Of a stretch of 20,000 bases of DNA, positions 11,744-20,000 are shown piece by piece. Under the pieces are notes generated by a model. It made no database searches. It saw only the letters and a program-made list of their open reading frames with translations, and had not been told where the DNA came from. Made by a program: the position numbers and the translations under genes. The stretch's first letter is position 1. Every line of letters starts with the position of its first letter. The stretch is taken from contig JAYWIR010000069.1 in the NCBI GenBank assembly GCA_036172245.1, positions 425,101 to 445,100 of the forward strand. Direction: 5' to 3'. The stretch is from Raillietiella orientalis. Lineage: Eukaryota.

Positions 11744-11967
11744 AAGGAAGGAACGGCAGAACCAAAGACCCCTGTCCCCTGCCCTCCATATCTTTATTTT
11801 TATTTTTTATAGTAGTGAATTTGTGTTCCCCTCCCTTCCGTTCCGGACTTTCGGCATACCGACCTGCGTGTCGGGGATGCCAGCCCCTTCGTTACTCTAT
11901 GTCCTTTGTCCGGAAACTTTGTTTCCGGATTGTTTGTAATAAACGCCCCGGCGCAACCGGGTGATAA
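11744..11967 (+). promoter_or_regulatory. Copy B structured 3' UTR: U-tract (11791-11810), CUGCGU-loop hairpin (11853-11881), second hairpin (11909-11929), AATAAA (11938-11943), terminal hairpin (11944-11963)
   Basis: GGCATA-CCGAC-CTGCGT-GTCGG-GGATGCC; TCCGGAAAC-TTT-GTTTCCGGA; CGC-CCCGG-CGCAA-CCGGG-TG. Confidence 0.78.
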
Positions 11968-11976
11968 ACAGCCGAC
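11968..11976. repeat. Target-site duplication of copy B, right copy (ACAGCCGAC)
   Basis: Matches 7810-7818. Confidence 0.88.
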
Positions 11977-12157
11977 TCCCCGTGATCGTCTCGATCTCCT
12001 GGACGTCTTCCGCGGTGATCACGTGGATCTCCTGCAGCAGGGCCAGGTCGAACTCACGCAGGGTATCGGCCGTATCTCGTCTGTTGCCGTCGTCGCGCAG
12101 CCCGTTGACATTCCAACAGGCCACGCTTATCCGACGGCAACAAGCGAGCCCAAATGT
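11968..12157 (-). pseudogene. Copy A ORF2 N-terminal segment (start codon decayed to ACA)
   Basis: (T)FGLACCRRISVACWNVNGLRDDGNRRDTADTLREFDLALLQEIHV...GSRL aligns with MPGIASCRRLRIACWNVNGL of C. Confidence 0.9.
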
Positions 12158-14079
12158 TAATCCTGGGAGAGTGGCAGTGCGGCGTCCGCCACCTTTTGGG
12201 CCGGGACGCTTGGAGGAGGACAGGTCGGTGCGTCGAGCACCTGTTCCTCCTCCTCCATTGGTGTCGGCGCGTTAGGCGGATCGCCCGAAGGTGTGGTAGC
12301 GCCTACCTGATCGCCCTCCTCAATAGGGGCGGGCTTCTCGGGTTCGGCGCATGCAGAGTTGGCTTCGTTTCATTGCTCACCTTCCTCCATAGGCGTCGCC
12401 TGTGCGCCGGCTTCCGAGCGTGGGAGTTCCCCCTCCGGGTTTCCCACGCTACCTTCGGCTTCCGGATTCTCCTCCTCGTTCGAAACGGTAGGGCACCTTT
12501 TGGGCTTTTGGGACTTCCGTTCTGCCTTTCGAGGAGGCGCCTCCGCGGAGGATGATGAGTTGCCGGCCTCCCGGTCGGACTCACCTGCGGGAGGCATTTT
12601 CCTCGGAGGCGGCCTGCGAACGCCCTTACGCGACGGGGTTTCGCGCTCGTCGAGCGTTGCCACGAGCTCCTCCGCGGCCTTCTCGAAGGACGCGTCTACG
12701 CTGCCGGCGAACGTCGCCGCAGGCTGCTCCGCGGCCTTCTTGAGGGACGCGTCATCGCTTCCTCCCAACGTTGCCGCGAGCTCTTCCGCGACCTTATCGA
12801 AGGCCGCGTCATCGCTTTCGTCAAACGTTGCCGCGGGATCCTCCGCGACCTTATCGGACGCGGCGTCCTCGCTTTCGGAGCGCGAGTCCCGCGTCTCATC
12901 CTCTAAACTTAGAGTGAGCTCGTCCACGCTCGTTTCGATCGCGACCCCATGAGCTGTTTGCTGAACATTGCCGCGGGCGACCTTCGCAGGAACGGCTAAG
13001 CGTTCCAATGCCACCGAGCACTCGCGGAGTTTTTTTGAAAGCGGCGCGGCTTCTTTCTTTTTGCCGGCAGTTTTCTTCTCCGACTTTTGCTCTCCCAGAA
13101 TCTTCTTTTTTTCTTTTCTGACCTTAACCATTTGCCATCCCTCCTGCACTCCCGCGTCTTACGCGGTTTCATCCTCCGACGCCTAAGTGGGAGGAGGAGG
13201 AGATGGCTGCTGGGGCTGGCCATTGTCACGCGCTGGTCTTTCCACCAGCTTTCCGCGCTTTCCCTGTGCCTTTTTGGCAGCAGGGGGAACCGGGGTGGGC
13301 GCTTAGGGCACACGCGTCGCACGTGCCCCTTCTCCCCGCATAAGTGGCACACAATGTTCGGGCACCTCTTTCTAAGATGCCCTACTGCATTGCAGTAGCC
13401 ACAAAATTGGGGTTTCCTTACGAACCAGAGGTCTACCGGTTCTTGGCAGACCTCCAGTTTGTGGAGAAGCGCACCACCTTCTTTCACCGTGACACGCGCC
13501 GCGGCCTGGCCTCCGAAAATGCTATTGAAGCCATCAAAAATCGTGGGCTTCGGCCAGAACGCGTGCACTTCACCGTGCTTCCGCAGCTCATCACCAACCG
13601 CTGACCGCGTCATGCGGCTGGTGATTCCGGTAAGATGGACCACTACAGAGCGGTCCATTATCACCGGAAAGATCTTCCGACCATCAACGATCAGCAAATC
13701 AGTGATCAGGCGTTGGATCGAGGTGATATCTTTGCATACCACCTCGACCTGCTGACCCCCGCTGAGGAGGGAGAGGCTGTCAAGACCTTGCTCCCGAATA
13801 TTTGCGTTCTGCAGCGCGTTCGAGAAGGCTCGTGCAGTCCGCTTATCAAATAATGGTCCTACCTTATATATGAGCGAGGGTTTATATCCTGCTGACCGGT
13901 AGGCCATTTGTTCCGATAAGGCTTCGGCGCTGGGCGCTGCCACCATGGCACTCCTAGTCCTCATCTGTAGCGGCGGGTAAAGATTCCGGGGCGGATGCCC
14001 CTGATCCAGTAGGCTGTGGGGGCGAACTACCCTTCCCCAGGCCTACTTCCATCGCGGTGTCCTCTGGCAACGCTGCCAT
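12157..14079 (-). pseudogene. Copy A ORF1 (gag-like nucleic-acid-binding protein): probable RRM-like region, two CCHC zinc knuckles, long charged low-complexity tail
   Basis: CGYCNAVGHLRKRC and CHLCGEKGHVRRVC (CX2CX4HX4C) lie in the 13964 frame. A frameshift and stops near 13165-13200 lead into the 13149-12370 frame, which continues past a TGA (12370-12372) to TAA 12157-12159. The start is either ATG 13964 or ATG 14079 with one more frameshift. The RRM call is inference from VVVHLTGI...VGDELRKHGEV. Confidence 0.85.
12646..12873 (-). repeat. Coding tandem repeat, 4 x 57 bp (19 aa), in the copy A ORF1 tail
   Basis: SEDAASDKVAEDPAATFDE / SDDAAFDKVAEELAATLGG / SDDASLKKAAEQPAATFAG / SVDASFEKAAEELVATLDE. 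Confidence 0.9.
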
Positions 14080-14179
14080 CGGACACCGACGATGTGCACG
14101 CACAAATCACTCAAGAAAAAACCACTCGCCTTGCCACGCAGGCGAAGCGAGGGAAAATCACGTCCACTTACTCACAAGA

Positions 14180-14186
14180 GGGTTTG
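14180..14186. repeat. Target-site duplication of copy A, right copy (GGGTTTG)
   Basis: Matches 4190-4196. Homology to C resumes exactly here. Confidence 0.8.
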
Positions 14187-14974
14187 GTGGAGGCGTGCGT
14201 AACGAGAGATGGTATTTACAAGCTCGATATTACGCGCGAACACCAGACGTACGCAAGTTAGCCGAATACCGTGCGGGAGCCGAGAGGCAGGCGTGGCAAT
14301 CCGGGTCAGCCAGCTTACTGGACGACCAGGGCTCGGAGCACTCGGCTCCCGCCCAGGTAGAAGGCTTATTAAAAAAATTCTACTCCTCCCTGTACGCGCG
14401 CGCTCCACCGGAACGGGATGTCTCGCGACTTCTTCTTCCGGAAGGCCCTCCGGCGATCGGGGAGGAAGATAGAAGGACCCTCAACGAGCCTTTCACGATG
14501 GGCGAGATCATCTCGTTCATCAAAAAGCTTAAGAGGCGCAAGGCTTCAGGGGAGGACGGCCCTCAAGAGGAATCCTGTCGACGTTTTGCGGCAGAGCTCA
14601 CTCCCCTGGTAAAGAAATTCACCTTGCTGATCCGCGAAACGGGCGACGTCCCCGCCTAGTTTCGTTCGGCAAAGGTGCGTCTCCTCCCTAAGGGAGGAGA
14701 CCTTCGGAGCATGAGCAACTGGCGGCCGATTACAGTGATCAACGCGGACGCCATGTTGCTGGCGAAATTGTGGGCTGAACGCCAAGGGCGATTAGCATAA
14801 AGCTTCATCAGCCCGGAGCAGACATATGCTGTTGCCGCCAGCACCTTTTCGCCCTCCAACAGGAAAGGGTCAGGATGAGCAATCGGACTTCCGGAATGTC
14901 CGCTGCTAGGAAACGGGATGGTTGGGAAGGGAGGAAGCCCTCGGAGTTGCAGTCGATTTGCATAAAGCATTCGA
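14187..14974 (+). pseudogene. Copy C ORF2 middle segment (linker and N-terminal RT), decayed
   Basis: RTPDVRKLAEYRAG, KASGEDG, LLPKGGDLRSMSNWRPITV, AVDLHKAFD. Stop at 14657-14659, further stops, and an apparent internal deletion after EQTYAV (~14835). Confidence 0.9.
14960..14974. repeat. Target-site duplication of copy D, left copy (GCATAAAGCATTCGA; partner 16388-16402)
   Basis: 14 of 15 identical to GCATAAATCATTCGA. It encodes HKAFD of the host RT. Confidence 0.92.
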
Positions 14975-15193
14975 TTTTCACCCGGATTTCGCCGGGGCGT
15001 TTATTGTTAAATAAACTTTTACAAAGACGTGCGGTGGCTGGACTACTGCTCCAGCCACGCACGAAAAAACACAGAGCCTGCCGGGTCACCGGTTCGCAGA
15101 CCGGTGCGGTCCACCACGGCAGCAGGGGGAAGGGGGAAAAACAAAAAAACAAAACAAAAAAGAGAAGAAATGTTGGGAGGGTAAGGGAAGGGA
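14975..15193 (-). promoter_or_regulatory. Copy D structured 3' UTR: U-tract (15137-15170), CUGCGA-loop hairpin (15078-15122), second hairpin (15028-15063), AATAAA (15000-15005), terminal hairpin (14979-14999)
   Basis: CACCGGT-CTGCGA-ACCGGTG within CTGCCG...CGGCAG; CGTGCGTGGCTGGA...TCCAGCCACCGCACG; CGC-CCCGG-CGAAAT-CCGGG-TG-AAAA. Confidence 0.78.
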
Positions 15194-16387
15194 TCACAGT
15201 CGCTGGTGGGGCTGTTGCATCCTTTGCAGGATGCCGGCAAGCTCCTTCTGTATTCCTGGATCCAGGTGGGGCCATCGGGACGCCCTCCTCAGGAACTGGG
15301 AGGCTGGCTGGATGGCACTCTGGTCGCGTTGTCCTCCCGTAGCCTTGCTCCAAGCGGTGACGATCCCGCGTAGGCAGCACAAAGCTGCTAACGAGGCCGC
15401 TGGCCGAAGGGCGTCGGCAACGAAGAGGGCTTTCAGTGCGCCCCTGGGGTTGCCGCAAAGGATTCCGATGGCCGCGGCAAAGCGAAACCAAAGGGGCCGA
15501 AGGGCAACACAATCCACTAGCAGGTGGGGGAGGATCTCCCGTTCCCCACACCTGACGCAATTGGGGTCCACCGCTCCCCAGGTCCAGTGGTGTCGGCGGG
15601 CGTTGCAGGGGAGTCCCCAGTGCTGCAACAGGAGAGCCGACTCCTGCCATTTTAAGGGGAGGGCGGAAGTGTTCATGAGCACCGGGGGCCACTTCAGATG
15701 TTCAATGGGAACATCGAGCAGCGCGAACCAGCGCAGAAGTCCATTGGGAGGCGTACTCGGGGTCGCAGCGTCTGTTAACTGGCCCGTCTCCCACTCTCCT
15801 ATCTTCTTCTCCTTTCCTGAGATTGTTACTTTAACCACCCACTTCGCCGCAACATCGCTGTCCAGATCTTCTATCAGGGAGGGCAGCGCAGCAGCGAGGG
15901 GGGTTCTTCCTGCCCACGCTCTCTTCTTTGGATCCTCCAGGATCTCGCGGAGCGTGCAACTTCTGTAACCCCCAAACAGGAACCTTCGTTCCTGTTGGGA
16001 GCGGTGCATGCCGAACTGTCCCCACGTTCGAACGGTTTCCTGCAACCAGGCACTACCGTTCAAAGGGCGACAGGTGAGCAATCCTGGGTTTTTCCGATAC
16101 AGCGCAGCCACCCTCCTTAGCTGGAGTCCGCATCGGTTGACGCGGCGACTGAGTGCAAGAAACGACGTCAGTCCCGTCTTGCCGGTGGCTTGCTGGAGAA
16201 GGAGACGTGCAGGGACGCACCAACAGGTGCACCACAACTCTGGAACGAGTGCCGACAAGCGGAACTGGAGCTGAAGCTCCAGCCGCTCCAGCGTCAAGAG
16301 GCCCAGACCACCATCCCGACGAGGAGCGCACAAGTCCTTTGAGCGGACTCGGGCCCTCCCGTTGCCCCAAAGGGCGATACGGAGGAG
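15194..16387 (-). pseudogene. Copy D ORF2 C-terminal fragment (post-RT region and CCHC finger), stop-free but with no start of its own
   Basis: LLRIALWG...RDGGLGL...CVRCGEREILPHLLVDC...RWPHL. The ORF-track ATG at 16411 comes from host copy C, outside the insertion. Confidence 0.9.
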
Positions 16388-16402
16388 GCATAAATCATTC
16401 GA
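16388..16402. repeat. Target-site duplication of copy D, right copy (GCATAAATCATTCGA)
   Basis: Matches 14960-14974 with one mismatch. Confidence 0.92.
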
Positions 16403-18282
16403 CTGTGTCAACCAGAGGCTCCTGCTGGAGCTCCTGGAACGCTTGGGCTTCCCGGTCTCTTTGCTGACCTACCTGTGATCCTGTTGGCGCGACGCGCTTA
16501 TCCAGATCTTTTTCAGTGGACACACCGTGCACGGCGTACCGGTGCGATGTGGCATACATTAGGGAGACAGCCTGAGTCCCTTGCTCTTCAGTACCTACTT
16601 CGAGTTAGTACTGAGAACGTACAGGGAAACTCTGGCGCACCTGCCGCGCGAATGTACCGGTACTCCTGCGGTGTCAGCATATGCAAACGACTTCCTGCTG
16701 CAGCTCCCTATATCCATCCCGGCATCAGCGGTCGACGAGTTCTTCGACCTGCAAAGTCGGGGAACCGGGCTTGAGGTGAACAGGGCGAAGTCGTCCTTCA
16801 TGCCAATGGGTGCGGCGTGGGCAGGGCAGCCGGACTGGTCCGTTTGGGGATCCCAACGGTACAGTACTTCAAGTACCTCGGTGTACCGATGGGTGATTAT
16901 GTTCTTTCGGATGCGTGGTCTAGCTGCCTTCAAAAGGTAGAGACGGCGATCGGCCCGTTCCAAGGCCGCAGGTTTTTCCTGCCGGAACGGGCCGCGGTGT
17001 GGAACGCATTCGCGGCGCCCCTCTTCCGTTCCCTGCTTTTTTTTTGTCTTCTCACCACAGAAACTAAAAAGCGGACGAAGGACCTCCTAAGGATTGCCCT
17101 GTGGGGTAATGGGAGGGTCCGAGTCCGTCTTGAGGACTTGAGCGCTCAGCGTCGGGACGGCGGTCTCGGCCTCCTGACGCTAGAGCGACTGGAGCTCCAG
17201 CTTCAGTTTAGATTACTGTCCCTAGTGGCGAAGTATCGGAGTACGGTTTAATGCGAGTTCGCACGCCTCCTCGTCGAGCAGGCTACAGGCAAGGTGGGAC
17301 TGTCATTCTTCCTTGCGCTCCGTCGTCGCCGCCAAGTCGGTCACTGAGGGTTGCAGCTGCGGAGAGTGGCTGACCTCATATGGAAGAACGCGGGATTGCT
17401 CTGCTGTCGCCCCGTTAACGGACCTGCATGGCTGTAGGAACCGGTTCAGACGTGGGCAAGGAGCAACCAGCAACGCACCCAAGAAGAACAGAGACAATTC
17501 TTCGCCCGTAATGACCGCCTGACGCTCCAGGAGGTCCTGGAGAACCCCCAAAAACAAGCCTGAGCAAGGAAAAATCCCCTCGCTGCAATGCTGCTTTCCC
17601 TAGTGGAATATCTGGACAGCAACACTGCGGCGCAATGGGGAGTTAGAGTAAAAATCTCCGGTACGGAGAAAAAAATTGGGGAATGGAAAACGGGAATTCT
17701 CTGCGATACCGCGGCCCAGACTACCACCCCTATTGGACTTTTGCGCTAGGGCGAGCTGCTTAATGTTCCGCGGGAACAATTAAAGTGGCCCCCGGTGCTG
17801 ATGAACACCTCCACCCTCCCCTTAAAATAACAGGAGTCGGCGCTACTGTTGCTGCATTGGGGACTCCTCTGCAGCGCCCGCCGACACCATTGGACCTGAG
17901 GAGCGGTGAGCCCTCATTGTGCAAGGTGTTGAGAACGGGAGTCCCTCTCTCACCTTTTTTTGGATTGTGTGGCTGTTCAGCCCCTTTGCAACCGTTTTGC
18001 CGCGGCAATCGGTATTCCCTGTGGCAACCGCAGAGACGCAGTTAGATCCCTCTTCGTTTGCGACGCCCTTCGGCCATCTGCCTCGTTAGCAGCTCTGTGC
18101 TGCTTTCGCGGGATCGTCGCTGCATGGAGCAAGGCAACAAGAGGACCACGAGATAAAGGTGCCGTCAAGTGCGCAGCCGAATTTATGAGGACGGCGACAG
18201 GATGGACCCATCTGGATTCAACAATTTAAAAACAGCTTTTGGCATCCTGCAAAGGATGCAAGGGCCCCACTGCAGACTGTGA
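16403..18282 (+). pseudogene. Copy C ORF2 3' segment (RT core to C-terminus), strongly decayed
   Basis: GDSLSPLLF, YAND (YADD mutated, 16680-16691), KYLGVPM, RDGGLGL, HLFLDC. Many stops (e.g. 17249, 17561, 17747, 17828, 17897) and frameshifts. Natural TGA at 18280-18282. Confidence 0.92.
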
Positions 18283-18508
18283 TCCCTTCCCGAGCCCCCC
18301 AGATCCTGTTTTCATATATTTTTTTTTTTTGTTCTATTTTTTGTTTTTTCCTTGCCCCCTCTGCTGTCGTGGTGGACCGTACCGAAATACGAACCGGTGA
18401 TCCGGCAGGCTTAATTTTGTGTACACCAGTGCGTGGCCGGGCCACCAGGTGAGCCACCAACGCTTGTTTTATTCGAACGAATAAACGCCTTGGCGCAGCC
18501 GGGTGAGA
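18283..18508 (+). promoter_or_regulatory. Copy C 3' UTR: U-tract (18309-18350), decayed first hairpin (18364-18408), AATAAA (18480-18485), terminal hairpin (18486-18505)
   Basis: Alignable to the D 3' UTR. The terminal CGC-CTTGGC-GCA-GCCGGG-TG keeps pairing through G-U pairs. Confidence 0.72.
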
Positions 18509-19318
18509 AGCAAGTTCGCGGATGACGGAGATCCGGAGGTGCTGACGGAGATGATCCGCCGCCTCCGGATGGCTATGCCAGTCCGCCAGCATCCTCCAGT
18601 TCTTCAACGGAGGCCCCTTGCCTGGCGCAAGGAGCTCGAGCTCCAACCTGTGATGGTCAGAGAGAGGAGACGGCAATCGTCCTCTCCTTCCCACACGAGG
18701 GTGCAGGTTGTCATCGAGGAAGATGTGATCCGGCGACCTTTCCATCTCAGATACGCCGACCATCAAGCTGGAAGCGCGTACTGACGCGCACACCTCGATG
18801 GCCTACGTGCGCTCCCTCGGGCAGTTCCAATCGTCAGAGAGCAGGTGGACGTTGAAGTCCCCTGAGACGAGTTGCGTCACTTTGAAGCTGGAGTTGTTGA
18901 GCCAGCAACATTTCACTTTCTCGAAGAGCGCAATTCCATCTTCGAGGTAGCAAGAGCCACTCGGCGCGTAGATGTTCGTGATGACGAGATCGATGGACTC
19001 GGACCACTTAACAACAAGTTGGCATTCCCGTCCTTTGCTGTCGAAACGAACACTTCGCACCGCTTCCGCCATTTTTCCTCTTGCGAGGAACGCGACGCCG
19101 CACGTTTGTGGGTCGCCGCACCGCCAAAGTAGCGTTCCGCCTGCGCGCTCTGCGATTTCGACAGCCTGCTCGTCGGAGATTACGTGAATCTCCTGCAGGA
19201 GCACGAGGTCAAAGGAGCGCAGGGCGTTGGCTACTATTCGCCTCTTCTCGTCGTTCTGCAGTCCGTTCACGTTCCAACACGTGACGGACAGGCGACGAGA
19301 AGAAGCTATTCCCTGCAT
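18509..19318 (-). pseudogene. Copy F ORF2 APE endonuclease with one in-frame stop (18803-18805)
   Basis: MQGIASSRRLSVTCWNVNGL, LQEIH, NIYAP, SGDFN, SPDHIF, LSDH. Confidence 0.92.
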
Positions 19319-20000
19319 TAATGCTGGGAAGTTGGCGGCTTTTTGCCCGTTTTTACAGGCGAGCGGTCGGTAAGCAGCACTGCTGGCTGGAGATCACGGC
19401 CGACACCGTCCTCCATAGTGCTGCACGAAATCGAGTGCTCGTCTCCGGGTAGCGTCGTTTGACGTTCCAGGGTGAACTCTCGCTCCTTCGCGGCCTTCGC
19501 TGCGCGCCCCAGGGCATTAGCGCGGCGCGCTACGGCTTCCGTGCGGGTGATACGACGTGCGGCGGTGATCTCAGACTCCGTTTCTGAATCTTATTGAAGC
19601 GCGGTCGCTTCGCGACTCACCTGTCGTGTCGATTCGGAAGTGGACGCTGATGCAACTGCGGTGAATTCCTTTATCGCGATCAACGGGGCATCTTTCCTGG
19701 CGATCGCATCTTTCGCGCTATAAGCGGTTGCGGCGGTAGCTTTTGCAATGGCAGAGGGAACCTTCGCGCGAGTTTTCTTCATCGCGCTACTGTTTCGTAG
19801 CTTGCAAAGGCTCTTGGAAGTAGGTTGCTGAGAATTTTTGGGAAATTTTATTTTTCTCCCTTTCTCCACAACCGTCCACCCACCGTCCGTTTCCTCGGAG
19901 CGCTCCTCGACTTTCTTGAGAGACGCCTCCGAGCTTTTCTCCCCAACCGCCTGGGGCGCTGCTTTTGCTGCACCCTTAAAAGGCGGTAATGGCGCAGCCT
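19318..20000 (-). pseudogene. Copy F ORF1 C-terminal region (K/A/E-rich, with internal stops), partial
   Basis: KSLCKLRNSS resembles PLSKKLRECS of A ORF1. DSETESE motif. Same frame as the TAA overlapping the ORF2 ATG. Confidence 0.68.

Larger units (their letters stand above)
7819..11967 (+). mobile_element. Copy B: 5'-truncated LINE (4149 bp) with the end of ORF1, complete-length ORF2 and 3' UTR, inserted antisense into the endonuclease of A
   Basis: Bounded by the 9-bp TSD and ends AATAAACGCCCCGGCGCAACCGGGTGATAA. Confidence 0.93.
4197..14179 (-). mobile_element. Copy A: apparently full-length (~5.8 kb after removing B) L1/Tx1-like LINE with 5' UTR, ORF1, ORF2 and 3' UTR; decayed and interrupted by copy B
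   Basis: All parts are in order on the minus strand, bounded by the GGGTTTG duplication. The endonuclease reads ETITGSRL|YWQCGARNTCGVAFF across the B insertion. Confidence 0.92.
14975..16387 (-). mobile_element. Copy D: heavily 5'-truncated LINE (1413 bp) inserted antisense in the RT of copy C
   Basis: 15-bp TSD, family 3' end followed by only four A, and post-RT ORF2 sequence closely related to C. Confidence 0.93.
2816..18508 (+). mobile_element. Copy C: 5'-incomplete L1/Tx1-like LINE split into three segments (~2816-4196, 14187-14974, 16403-18508) by insertions A and D
   Basis: ORF2 reads across both gaps: FPMNLLPAGF|GGGVRNERWYLQARYY and AVDLHKAFD|CVNQRLLLELL, each at a duplicated target site. 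It ends in the family 3' UTR. The 5' boundary is uncertain. Confidence 0.88.
18509..20000 (-). mobile_element. Copy F: LINE running off the window end; ORF1 tail and ORF2 endonuclease, cut off by the 3' end of C
   Basis: TAATG overlap at 19316-19320. Endonuclease/linker homology stops at HLRQHLRISVIRELA, next to the terminal hairpin of C. Confidence 0.9.

Noticed and set aside
7810..11976. Opposite-strand blocks as twin-priming inversions or segmental inversions of one element
   Set aside because: Each block is a distinct diverged copy with its own 3' end and TSD, and the host frame resumes exactly after it.
12646..12873. 57-bp repeats as a CRISPR-like array
   Set aside because: Contiguous degenerate in-frame coding repeats without unique spacers.

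Overview
Eukaryotic-type DNA. Bases ~2321-20000 are a nested cluster of six diverged copies (A-F) of one family of APE-endonuclease non-LTR retrotransposons, most like the L1/Tx1 group. The family has ORF1 (two CCHC knuckles plus a long acidic/basic tail) and ORF2 (APE endonuclease, RT, C-terminal CCHC). Target-site duplications and reading-frame continuity give the nesting order. Copy C (+, ~2816-18508) is interrupted by apparently full-length copy A (-, 4197-14179; TSD GGGTTTG) and by 5'-truncated copy D (-, 14975-16387; 15-bp TSD). A is in turn interrupted by copy B (+, 7819-11967; TSD ACAGCCGAC). The 3' end of C cuts into copy F (-, 18509 to the window end), and copy E (+, ~2321-2812) is a 3' remnant. 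All four readable insertions lie in ORF2 of a relative and are antisense to it. Shared family features are: a TAATG stop/start overlap between ORF1 and ORF2; an endonuclease that seems to lack the usual target-contacting hairpin segment; and a 3' UTR of U-tract, stem-loop with CUGCG loop, AATAAA and terminal stem-loop, with compensatory changes and almost no poly(A). No copy is intact. Bases 1-2320 are unassigned, more AT-rich flank. All assignments come from manual reading and motif recognition, not database searches.
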